Positions 49,959 to 61,048 of a stretch of DNA of 64,000 nucleotides are shown one piece after another (positions within the stretch are counted from its first letter, which is position 1; each line of letters opens with the position of its first letter). Origin of the DNA: Dimorphilus gyrociliatus (Eukaryota > Animalia > Annelida); the NCBI GenBank assembly GCA_904063045.1, contig CAJFCJ010000022.1:496001-560000 (forward strand), given 5' to 3'. The notes beneath the pieces are model-generated. The model worked only from the letters and a program-made list of their open reading frames with translations. It was not told the origin of the DNA and did not search any database. The position numbers and the translations under genes are program-made.

Positions 49959-52900
49959 ATGGGACATCTAATATCTTCTATTCTTTATATTTTACTCTAT
50001 TCATCAAGCGTTCGATCTTTTGGGCCTGGAAATAATTTTCCATCGGGTAATGGAAATGGCGGAAACAACTGGGGTAATGGAAATGGACACAGTGATGGAA
50101 GCGAAGGAACTGGAGGAACAGGAGGAACTGGAGGATATGGAGCAACTGGAGCAAGTTCAGGTACTTCGGGGACTGTAGGATCTGGAGTTTATTTTCCAAC
50201 AAACACATGGAAGAAGCTATATTATCACCAATTGCCTCAGTTTCTAGACTGTGAGCTAATCGTCAAACATGTTGACGTTGACAAATGGAAAAGTGTATTA
50301 ATATAAGCGAATTAACTTTATTCCTCTTTTTTAATTCCTTTTCTTTTCATTTTTTCTATAGATTCATATAAACTCTAGGCAAGTTTTTAATCAACCCTCA
50401 TCCACTTGTATTCCTTTTAGCTTCGGAAATGTTTCGGGTAAATTGGTTACTCTTTTCATCCATTATGAATCTATGTACTGGGATAATAATTGTAAGAATT
50501 TACCAACTTCTATGGCTGAATTGAATGCTACAGGAGTTGTATTCCAAGCATTGGAAAGCCATAGTAAGTACATTTCAGTAATTTTTCTTTTTAGATTCTT
50601 ATATCGCGTGATAATGAATAAAAATTACATACATAACAGAAAGGCATATCGAAGACCTATTACTTTCAAAGAATTTTCAGATTCCAGTTGGCTACACCGT
50701 TAGTCAAGTAGAGCCTTTCTTCCATAGCGATAGTCATTCGGTTATTGTTACGGAAAATTCTGAATTGCCGTTCTTATACTCAGAAAGAAACTTACTTATG
50801 GATTATGGCAATCAAAAGTTGGTATTTATTTAAAGTAGGATTGTAGAGTCAAAAAATATCAATATAAAAATATAGCAGTAGATTCTATCGTTCATTTCTT
50901 TTACAGTTTTGTGGCATCCGCCGTACTCGATAGGAACCAAGCGACTTGTGTTCAATCCTATCCGTACAATGTCTTTAATCTGCCGAAAAGGGCTTGGATA
51001 CATACTGTTAAAATATGCCTACAGGCAACTGGTATATAAGAATAATTAACATTGTAGTTAGCACGCTCTTGATTCAATTTAACAAATACTCTTTACCTTT
51101 CCAGGAGGCTCTGCTAAAGTAGGAACAAACTCTTTCGCCACCATGTGTACAGAAGCGCCATCTGTATTGCCGTGTTTATATTTCAATTGTCAGAAACTAA
51201 AGAGAGGAAGCTACATACAAGCTTCGTTTAGTATCGGAGTGAAAATATGCGAAATAGAAATATTTTCTTATAATTTGGCTTACGGTTCAAAAATAATACT
51301 ATCAGATGATACAATGCTCAATATGATACATTCAAAATCGTTAATAGCTGACTTAAATACAGAAGATGAAGTAAGCTCGGCCTTAAAACTGAAATCATGC
51401 CATAAAGTAGAAATAGTATTCAATAGAAGAGTTTCAATACAATCTTTCGCCGCTAGAATTTCTTGTAAATATACTTTATTCATATATTTATTCCTTTATT
51501 GTTTCTTATACTTTACTTAGGTAAAAGTCAGGAATGCGAGAAAATTATTCAAATCAAGCCTACTATTGAAAATGATGAAAACAACTTTTGTGAAGAGTTT
51601 AGAATGGAAAAGATGTCAATGAATAATTTTTTTTGGGCTAGATTCCATTGTGGAGGGCAATCGAATTTCGTTAGAATAAAGAATATAATAGGACTAATTC
51701 ATATTGATGAAGTTGAAGTGTTTGGTGTAGACGGTAACGAGACAATTAATAACTGTAATCAGTCCAGTAGCTTGAATGGCAGAATGAATTGTAAACAATT
51801 CGCCCTTTGGAAAGTGGCAAATAATAGCAAAGTTTCACTTAATCAAACGTACAATCCATTCTCGTTGATAGACGATCGTTTTAATACATGCGTTCCGTTT
51901 AAGTTCCTGTATTATTACGAATGGAAAAGTGAATTCTATTCAAAACCATTCACAATCACCTTTACGAAAATCGTTTTCGAGTTGGTTGAATTAAAAAGGG
52001 ATCCCATACTTGTTGTGATCTATAAGAATAAAGATAAAACCTTTAGTCAGACAATACCCATAAAGGCAACTGGAATTGATATAACCTCGGGAAAGAGTGT
52101 TTTATATTGGACAACTTCACTCTCTTTTCCCCCGTTAGAGGTGTATCTTAGAGCGACAAGAATCGACTACGGTTCGTTATGCGAAATTATACTTGAAGGA
52201 GAAGGGCATCAACCATCTTTAAAACAGTTAAATTGGAAAGAAAAGGTTGAATTTAAAAATCGAATAACTTGCGAGGATTCCGATGTTCTAAACGATTCAA
52301 ACTGGAACCCTCAATTTTCTAATTGTATGAGTTTTCAATATGCAAATCAAGAGTATCCTTGGATAATTTTTGATCTTGAAAGTCCGTATGTAGTTAAGAA
52401 ATTACTGATTTCTTATTTGAAAGCAATCTCATCAATTGACATTTCGCTTCTTAACACATCGAGAGGAGTTGAATACTTGGATAAGAGGAAATTTCCCTAC
52501 AATTCTCAAAGAATTATTTGCGTAACGAAACTTTCCTTAAAACATTTTAGTGATGAAATATTTTGCAGAGAAAATGCAGTTGGATCTTTATTGACTATAT
52601 CAACTTTTAATCGTTTAGATTCTTTACAGATTTGCGAAGTAAAAATATTTGGTGAAGAAACCACTTTTATAGAGCACGAAGTCCTTTTGAGGACAAATGG
52701 AACAATTAGAAATGGAGATCGTATAGCCTTGGATACATTTTCAAATATAACAGCAATTTCAATTAGACCTAATAGGAATATCTCGGAAAAGCTAATAATA
52801 CACCTATCGAATAATCAAATAATTGATAAAGACCAATTGCATTTAAGTGATGGATCGTTAACTATCGATTTTAAGGAGTTAGAAATAGGAGATGAAAATA

Positions 52901-53408
52901 ATAATGTCTTATTACCAATATCTCCTATGAATCATGTGAGATATCTACACATTTTTGGTAACTTTACCGAAACTATACTACTAAGAATATTCGGATTATT
53001 CGAAAGAGGAAGTAATAAAATCTATATACCATTGCAAATATTCTTAATTAAGTTAAAATTAGACATACATACATACAAACAGACGAATAAATTCTCTTTT
53101 TCCCTTTTTATTCAGACCTGTTTCGTCGAATAGCAATCAATTTACAACTAGCAAATGGCCAAGTTAAAGATGAACACGATACTTTTCAAGAATGCGTTAA
53201 ATTCTGCCACGACAACAAAGATTGTTGGGCATTCTCTTGGAATAGACACGATAAATGCGTCTGCTCATTTAAACCGGAAACTGGGGGAACAGTGAGAGAT
53301 TTTTACCAGTATGATAATAGCAGCAGTTTGGAACTAATTAGACAAAATGGCTCGGAAATTTATTCTTTGTGCTTAACAAAGAAACAATTGAATATTATCC
53401 ATTGTTGA
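49959..53408 (+). CDS. Secreted multi-domain F5/8 type C / fucolectin-like protein with C-terminal PAN/apple-like domain (paralog 1, about 994 aa, 7 exons)
   Basis: Exons 49959-50294, 50362-50563, 50640-50817, 50907-51031, 51105-51464, 51521-53011, 53116-53408 (phases 0,1,2,1,1,1). Signal peptide, Gly-rich segment, repeated module motifs (LDRNQATC, IDDRFNTC, PWIIFDL, ICEIEIFS, IDEVEVFG, LCEIILEG, ICEVKIFG), then ECVKFCHDNKDCWAFSW..KC. Exon 2-3 boundaries are the least certain. Confidence 0.82.
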
Positions 53409-55901
53409 AAAAGCTGACTTTTATATTTATATTTATAGATATATTATGTATAAATATCGTAAATACAGTAAAAATATATACTGCACATAGACGCTTTATG
53501 TTCGTGTAGGAAAGTTCTTTCCTTTCGATTAAAACTATGATTTCTCTTTCTCTCTATCTCTTACCAAGTTTTCCATTATCCGCATCATAGAATTTGAATA
53601 TAATATATATCTAATAGAGCACAGTTTTATGACTGCATTATTTAGCATTTAGGATGAATTTTCACAAACAGAGAGAGAGGGAGAGAGAGAGAGATATCGA
53701 GGGAGGAAAGAGTATAGGAATAATAATTGTAATTTCAACCAATATTTTGTCATTAATTATAAAATTTCGAAGCGATCAATAGTGAACTAAATTAGTTTTT
53801 CACTTCTTAGAAATACGTAGCGTGTTATTAGTAAAGTTACTTTTATTTTTAAGAGCGTTTGTAAAATTTAGTGACAGAATTATCTCTAAGTTCGTTATCC
53901 TATGGAGATTGTAAATAATTAAGAGACTCTACTTGATACAGAAATGAGAGGATTAAGTTAGAGTATGATGAGAGCATTCTGGGACAAACTATTAAAAGAC
54001 AAACTGCTTCAAGTATAGAATTTATGGAAAATGATAAATATGATATTTAGAAAGAGCTGGAAATGAATACATAATAATCCAATTAGTTGAAAAAGGAAGC
54101 AAAAAAGGGAGTGAGAGAGAGAGAAAGTAAAAACCTGTTTGCAACAAGTACATTATTTTCATAACCCTTTTCTTATCATATATAGAATATAATATTTTCG
54201 TATTTTTCAAACTTTTAAAGTAAATAAACAAGTTTTTATAGACTGCATAATTATTTTTCTAATAATATTATCAAGCCTAATCATAATACTGATTATTCAA
54301 TAAATACATTATATACTCAAATGTTTGCCTACTCAAATAGACTAGGAGGCTGTTCTGTGTCAAATAAGTCTAGGTGGATGGTTAACAATTAATTATTAAA
54401 ATATATATTATATAGCTATATACTGTGTATATAGTATACTTTTACATTGTATGTGCGTGTGTGTGTGTGTGTGCCATAGCATATGTGCTACTTTCACAAC
54501 GATGATACACTTATTACAATTCTATAGACAATGTATAAAGCGTTCCATTCGCAGTGATTTCAATTCAAATGATTTGGTTTATTTATTGATTATATCAAAA
54601 AAAAAAGAAAATAAGTATCAAAGTATCAAAGAGATAGGAGAAGGGAATGTCTGCGTGATGTTTTCTCTTGCAATTACTCTTCTTTTATAAAGTAGATATT
54701 ACTGTGTATTTACTTTTTTTCAACAACAACAACAATACGTTTTCTATAAAAAAACATCATATACAATATTTATTTATTTGTTTATTTATTTAAATTTTAA
54801 TGTTGTAACAAATACTTTGATCATTTGTTTATCTTACTTGACTTACTTTTCGCAACTTTTTGTAAGGAAACTTTAACATTGAATTTTATGTCACGTAAAC
54901 GCCAAAGTTTAATTAAGAACGTTTTGAATAATTCAAAAAGGTTGTACAAGTACTTTTAATGCATTCCTTAAACTTTGTTCAGTTTAATGGTTTGCACTGA
55001 GATAATATAGATCTAGTTTTATGAATAATTCATGCTTCAGTGTTGGTAAATTGTAATAAGTACAAATGATTTATTAATATGGTTGAACTGGGAAGTGCTT
55101 TTCAGATATAATTTCAATAATTTACAAAAAATACTAATAACTTTGCCTTTCTTTGTGAAATCTATTCTTATACTGAATGCTGATCCTTCTCTCTACTAAT
55201 CAAAAGATTATGTACATATAATATACATACAGTATCAATAATACTCTGTATTTACCGTTTGCGTGTACGAAATTTGCCTTCTAGCTTTAATAATAAAGTA
55301 TACATGTATGTAATATATTACCGTATATTCATCAATTATTATCGTCAATACCCAGATCCCTCTAAGCAATTTTAAGCTTTTTCTGTACGAGTTTTTCGTT
55401 GATTAACTCAAAACAAAAAATCTTTGGCACTGAAAGAAACTTATCAAAACCTTTTTTACTATATACATTGTATCCTCTTTCATATGTTTATAATAACCCT
55501 TATTATTAGTTTAGCTCTTGTTTTTTTCAATAATTACAAAAGAGAAATACAAGGAAAACTACATAGAAACAAAGGAAACGTAAAAAGAAGCAAAACTTCT
55601 CGGCGTTCTGTTAACGATAATACAAACAATTGAATTTTCTGAATATATAAAATATTAAGGTAAAAAGTTATTTACTGTTCAAGATAAAATGATTAATACC
55701 AAAGGGAATTAAAAAATCAGTAACCTAATTCATCAATTATGAAAAGAAAACAATGATATAAAAATATTGATAAAGTAGTTTGTGAGTTATCTATAGTTTG
55801 TAGTAAGGTGTCTTTTGCAGACATGATACTGTGCTGTTAGAGTGATTTAGTGTTATCTGGAGACAAGTGAATATATATATAGATGTAGAATTATAAATAC
55901 A

Positions 55902-56963
55902 TTAAATTCCCCTTGAAGTTACTGTGCAGTTTTGTGTTTGGCCGTGTGAACCATTCGAAAATTTTCTTGTACTTTCAGGACTTAGGATTTTTATAAGAGC
56001 TAATCTAAATGCTTTACCAGAGGCACAATACAAGTAAAAGTTCAATATATAATTAGAATAGAATAGTATTTGAAAACTATTCCAAAGCAAACCAGTATTA
56101 TCTGGACCAATGCGGGCTTGAATGTTATTAAACTCTCTCGAGAAAACGAGCAATGGAGCAGTCGTTACGAGAAATGCAAAGCTGACTGTTAGAAGCATGA
56201 TGGTTGTTGACTTGATCTTATTCTGATCTTTATTTATAGAACCTTGCGTTAGATTCTGTTGAGTTCTCCTCGATCTTAACATTAAGGAAAGGATGATCAA
56301 GTTTCCCGTCAGGATAAAGGCAAAAGGGATAAAACTGCCGAATATTTGATCGAAAAGTTCTCTAGCTTCACTCAATCCTTTATTCCAGCCGTCGTGGCAC
56401 ACTCTTATTGTTTTAGTCTTACTTTCCAGTTTCATACCGAATAAAACATATGAATTAGAAGCGAATGTAACCAAAAGAACAATTATTATAGAAATCCACT
56501 CGACCCGATGCGTAATCCAAGCTTTAACCTTTAGTGGAGATATTAAACTCAATGCTCTCATACCCGTAACGAGAACTAGGAGCCATGCTGATGAGTGAGT
56601 CATCCAAAATTCTAGAAATGGTTGCAATTTGCAAAGACCGGTATTTACATTTCTTATTTCTTTTTCGCTTACAGATGTAGTGAAAACTCTTAGAACGCCA
56701 ACCAACAATACAAGTGAATCAACAATCGCTAAAGCTACTAAAACTCTGGATGATGGCACCTTTCGAAAAGACTTTGATCTAAGAACAATAGTAGCCAAAA
56801 GATTTCCACCAATACCAATTAGAAACACAATTGGGCACAATATAAGATACATAGCCTGAATTTTCCATGCTGTTGATTGATAGTTGATTTGAACAGGCGG
56901 GGTTCCGTAAAAATTATTTTTCGAGTTATCAACCAAACTTGAGTTGTTTCCAGACAGAGGCAT
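55902..56963 (-). CDS. Class A GPCR, FMRFamide/TRH-receptor-like orphan peptide receptor (353 aa, single coding exon)
   Basis: TM1 GIGGNLL, TM2 LAIVD, TM3 CKL..SAWLLVLVTGMRA..PL, ECL2 Cys, TM5 FIPF..N, TM6 FAFLVTTAP, TM7 SNYILNFYLYC, helix 8 GKAFR. The track ORF's first 48 aa are intronic (polypyrimidine tract and acceptor at 56980); the likely start is MPLSGNNSS at 56963. Confidence 0.95.
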   Translation of the reverse strand: MPLSGNNSSLVDNSKNNFYGTPPVQINYQSTAWKIQAMYLILCPIVFLIGIGGNLLATIVLRSKSFRKVPSSRVLVALAIVDSLVLLVGVLRVFTTSVSEKEIRNVNTGLCKLQPFLEFWMTHSSAWLLVLVTGMRALSLISPLKVKAWITHRVEWISIIIVLLVTFASNSYVLFGMKLESKTKTIRVCHDGWNKGLSEARELFDQIFGSFIPFAFILTGNLIILSLMLRSRRTQQNLTQGSINKDQNKIKSTTIMLLTVSFAFLVTTAPLLVFSREFNNIQARIGPDNTGLLWNSFQILFYSNYILNFYLYCASGKAFRLALIKILSPESTRKFSNGSHGQTQNCTVTSRGI

Positions 56964-57760
56964 TTTACGTGAATGACCGCTGTTTGAGGACAATATAATA
57001 AAGATAATAATAAAAAAAAAAAGAAAAAAAAAGCGGTTATGGCGTCTGTAAGTGATTGGCAAAACGACCCATTTAGTACATACATATTGTATGTTTGTTT
57101 GGATCATTAACGTAGTGTTTTTATTGGTTTCTGAAAGCTCACGACTGATTGAAAATGAATGATTGTACTGTGCGAATATTTATTATTGATTAAAAAATGC
57201 ATTCATAATTGATTTTTGCACTCGGGTATGGCCATTAAGATAACTGATATCTTATTGACGGCGCAATTTGACCTAATATCCCTTTGTAAGAGAAAAGAGT
57301 AAGAGGGAGAGAGAGAGAGAGAGAGAAGTAGCCTGAAATAGTTGATAATGAGCAAAGGGAAAAGATGGGGAAAGAAAGCGAGAAAAAATACGAAATTGAT
57401 TTAGGAGCTTATGTACTCACATTTTCTCTCCTTTCTCTTTTCCTTCCTTCCTTTCCTCCTTGATTTTAAGGTTTATTGGATAAATAAAACGACCAAACTA
57501 TATCGCTTTTTCTTTATCAAATCCAAAGTTTTGTCATTCTCATCCTATTAGAAGCTTTCAATAATTCCCTATAAAACCATACTCTTTCTTTATAAGAGAG
57601 ATGCAAATATATTAGTTAAGGTACCCCCACTTAAACTTTTGAATTATAACGCTTTAAACATTTTCTTTTTCATTATTTATAGAAGATAATTACATTTTCA
57701 CAAAACATTCTCTCTCGTAGGATACTCCCACTCATCCACTCTCCAGCTTTGTTTCTTCCA

Positions 57761-57791
<31 letters not shown>

Positions 57792-60700
57792 CTCTTACTC
57801 CCCCTCCATCTCTCTCACTTATCCATCAATCTAGCATTTCACCTTCTGCGTCTTAGACAGTAAAAAGGCATATTTCCTAATTATTAAATCCTATGGGTAT
57901 ACATACTAATCGAAAATAGTAAAATAGTAGACGTTGTAATATCTACTATTTGAATAATGCGGGATACTTGAAAGATAAAAGTAAATTGAAAGAAGAAATA
58001 GCCGCAGCGATGATTTATATAAAGTAGCTTTGCAGGAAACTTATAAGAGTAGTATAATCATTTTATTGAATATTTCCAAAAGCATATGTCCAATGTGTAA
58101 CCATCTGTTCACTTGGTCCATTCATATTTAGATTATTATTTTCAGTTTTTGCAAGTTATCATTATTTTATTAGTGCACTATCCTATACTATCTATTATTG
58201 ATTATCAGTAGTATTTCGACATCGTATTTTTGTTTGTTGTTTGATTTTCATTCATTTTAATCTCTTTTTAAGGTTTATTAAGAAGAAAAAGAAGCGCACT
58301 GCCTATTTGTTTTTATGTTTGAATGTTTGTATAGTTAACTAATCGTGGGAGTGTCAATATGTGTTTTACTAGAAATCTAAATGATTTCCCTTCTTACGAG
58401 TCAATTTCTGTGTGTGAATAAATTCAATTCTCTAAATATACAAGTTTAAGAGATACATTTTCGCAGAATGAATAATATTTATATTGATTCTGAAGGCATC
58501 TGTTAAACTATTTACATTAAAAGAATAAAAGAGATTATATACTTTTGTTTCTCCCACCGATAATCGAATATATCAAATTATCTACAAACATTTATTTCAT
58601 TTACATAAAAAAAAATGACTTAAAAATTTACAAGTACCTCTCTTTCCTTTTATCTCCCAGTCCTCTTCCTTTTGCCCAGCTCTGTCCTTCACCCTGTCTC
58701 TTATTTTTACTTACTGACACACAATCTTTGCTCTACTCTTTGGCTCTCTGTATCCCTCCCTCTCTCTCTCTTTCGCTTTTCCTCTTGGTAGTAGATAACA
58801 AAAATTCAAAAAGAATATTTTTGGCCAACAGCAAATTATATATATTGTTTGTACAAGTGCAATACTTTTCGTATCTCTTTTTGATTCTTGATTTTGGCAA
58901 TAAAAAGTACAAATGGCAAAATAATTTTTGATTTCTCTTCTTTTCTCCTCTCTTCCTTCTATTGCAGATGTCTTGTTAGGAAACAAATTGAGAAAGAGAA
59001 GACTCTACTCCAAGCTTAACCAGCAATCGACGATAGAACGCTCTCGCGATATTCTCTTTCTGAAATCGTTTGTTATTGGTTGATATTATCCCCCAACTAA
59101 AATGTTTCTTTAAATGATCGCATAAACCATCGTTTATATACCATGAGTGACGTCACGGGGTGACGAGTTCTTTGTCTTGTAATCAGGTAGAGAATATGAC
59201 AGTGTAATCCTTTAACATTAGTTGTTTTTATTAAAATATTTGATAGCTATTTGTATTTGTATTTACTTCCGTATTATATTGTGAAAAGAGAGAAAGAAGA
59301 AAATAGGGAGAAAGGAAGAGAGAAAGAAACAAGAAGAGAGTAAATGTGTATATATGAATACGAGTATATAAGTGTACGTTACTAGAAGGATGAAAAGGTA
59401 GATTAACAGGAGATTTGTCGCACTTTCAAGCCAATAATGAATTACATATTCAATTTTGATAGAGGTGAAAGGGCGATAAATACAATTGAATAATAAAGTA
59501 TACAGTAAAAAGAGAACACTTTTTTCTGAAGGGAATCATTGTTTAAATATTTAAAAGTTATAGAGAAAAATGCTAATTTCTTCACTTTTAAACTCATTTC
59601 AAGCCTAAAAATAGAAAGAATGAAAAGGAAAATTCTATAAGGGAGAGCGAGAGAAGAGAGAAGAGTGCAGCGAAAAGATGAAAATTGCGTAATAGAGATT
59701 GGATTTTAAAGTTGACAATAAAATGAAATCGTACTTTTAAATTTATTAACTTAATTAAATTGACTATAATTGCTAACCAATTTTTAAAATATTCTTTAAA
59801 TAAAGCGTTAAAAGTGTTAAATTATATAGAAGAATAGTACAGGCGTAAAGACTTTTAGCCCACTCTTTGTCACGCAGAATTTCATTAGAAGCGTAAATAA
59901 ACGCCACAAAGATAATCTTATGCATAAAGAGAGAAATGAAAATTCATGTACTTTTTCTTAAAAATTGAAAGAGAGGGTAAAATAGGAAAAAAAGTAATAT
60001 CAATTGTATTTAATAGCCGATATAACTGCACTATATAGATATTTATAAAGGCAGAACATGTACTTACTTTTGTATAGGGTATATATACAATATGCAGTTA
60101 ATATTTACTAGATAAGAAGGCCTAAAAAAGTCTATAAGCAGATAGAAGCGGTACCTAAAAGAATTGCCTGATCTCATGTAAATATCAAGAAATGAAGAAG
60201 AGTCTTAGATATTAGTAATACTGTATATAAAAACAATGATTTTGTCTAATTTTGATAATGCACTATTAATATTAATACAGTATTTGACATTTATAAAATT
60301 TTGTATTTTTTTTCGCTCTCTCTCTCTCTCTCTCATTCTCATTCTCAGCTTGCATGCTTCTCTATTAAATTTCATCATAAGTTAATTAATTATTAGTAAT
60401 GCTATCATTATCTATTTTAAAGATTAAAAATAAATATTGTAAAAAACGGACATATAACAGTAGATTTACTATATACTGTGTATATATATGAACCAAGATG
60501 ATACTAGTAAAGTCTGTATTATAAACTCTACTTTCTTTCATCAATTATCTTCTAATTTTCCCATGACTCTTTCTATAAATAGACGAAGCACGTAGATAGG
60601 AAAGAATCCTAGTTTTTTCAATATATCAACCAATACTGTAACAGAAATAAATTTCTCGTTATTTAAACTACTTCTATTCAACTGCTTTTCTCGATTTTTT

Positions 60701-61048
60701 TTTAAAAAAAAGTATCTTTCTCTCAAATTATACTAATTAAAAAGTCATTATTGAGAAATTGTGAACATTATTCAATCACCTTTTGTCTCACTTCTGTCTC
60801 ATTCACTTTGTCAGTCAGCCAGGCTTAGTTAATTGGTCAGTTTCTCTTGATTCAGCTATCTATTTCTCTGAATCTTCTCTCTCTCTCTCTCTCTACTTTG
60901 TTCTCTCCTGGAAAACTTTCTCCGAATTTCTTCCTACTAATCTTCCTGCCTCTGGCTTGCTCTCTGTCTCTTTCTCTTCATTTTTTTAGTCTGTATTGCT
61001 TTGCACTCCTCTTCTATTCAGAGTTTTTACAGAGAAAAACGATTAACA

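Noticed and set aside
49913-50035. Out-of-frame upstream ATG overlapping the start of lectin-fold paralog 1
   Set aside because: The transcript 5' end is unknown, so a regulatory uORF cannot be supported.
56964-57107. 48-aa N-terminal extension of GPCR2 in the ORF track (likewise 10754-10831 for GPCR1)
   Set aside because: Reads through a polypyrimidine tract and splice acceptor; the poly-Phe/Ile stretch is translated intron, and the GPCR1 extension starts at TTG.
57922-57951. 10-bp hairpin aaatagtaga/tctactattt (and a similar one 3' of the P450 near 1820-1850)
   Set aside because: Short AT-rich stems are expected by chance in this composition.
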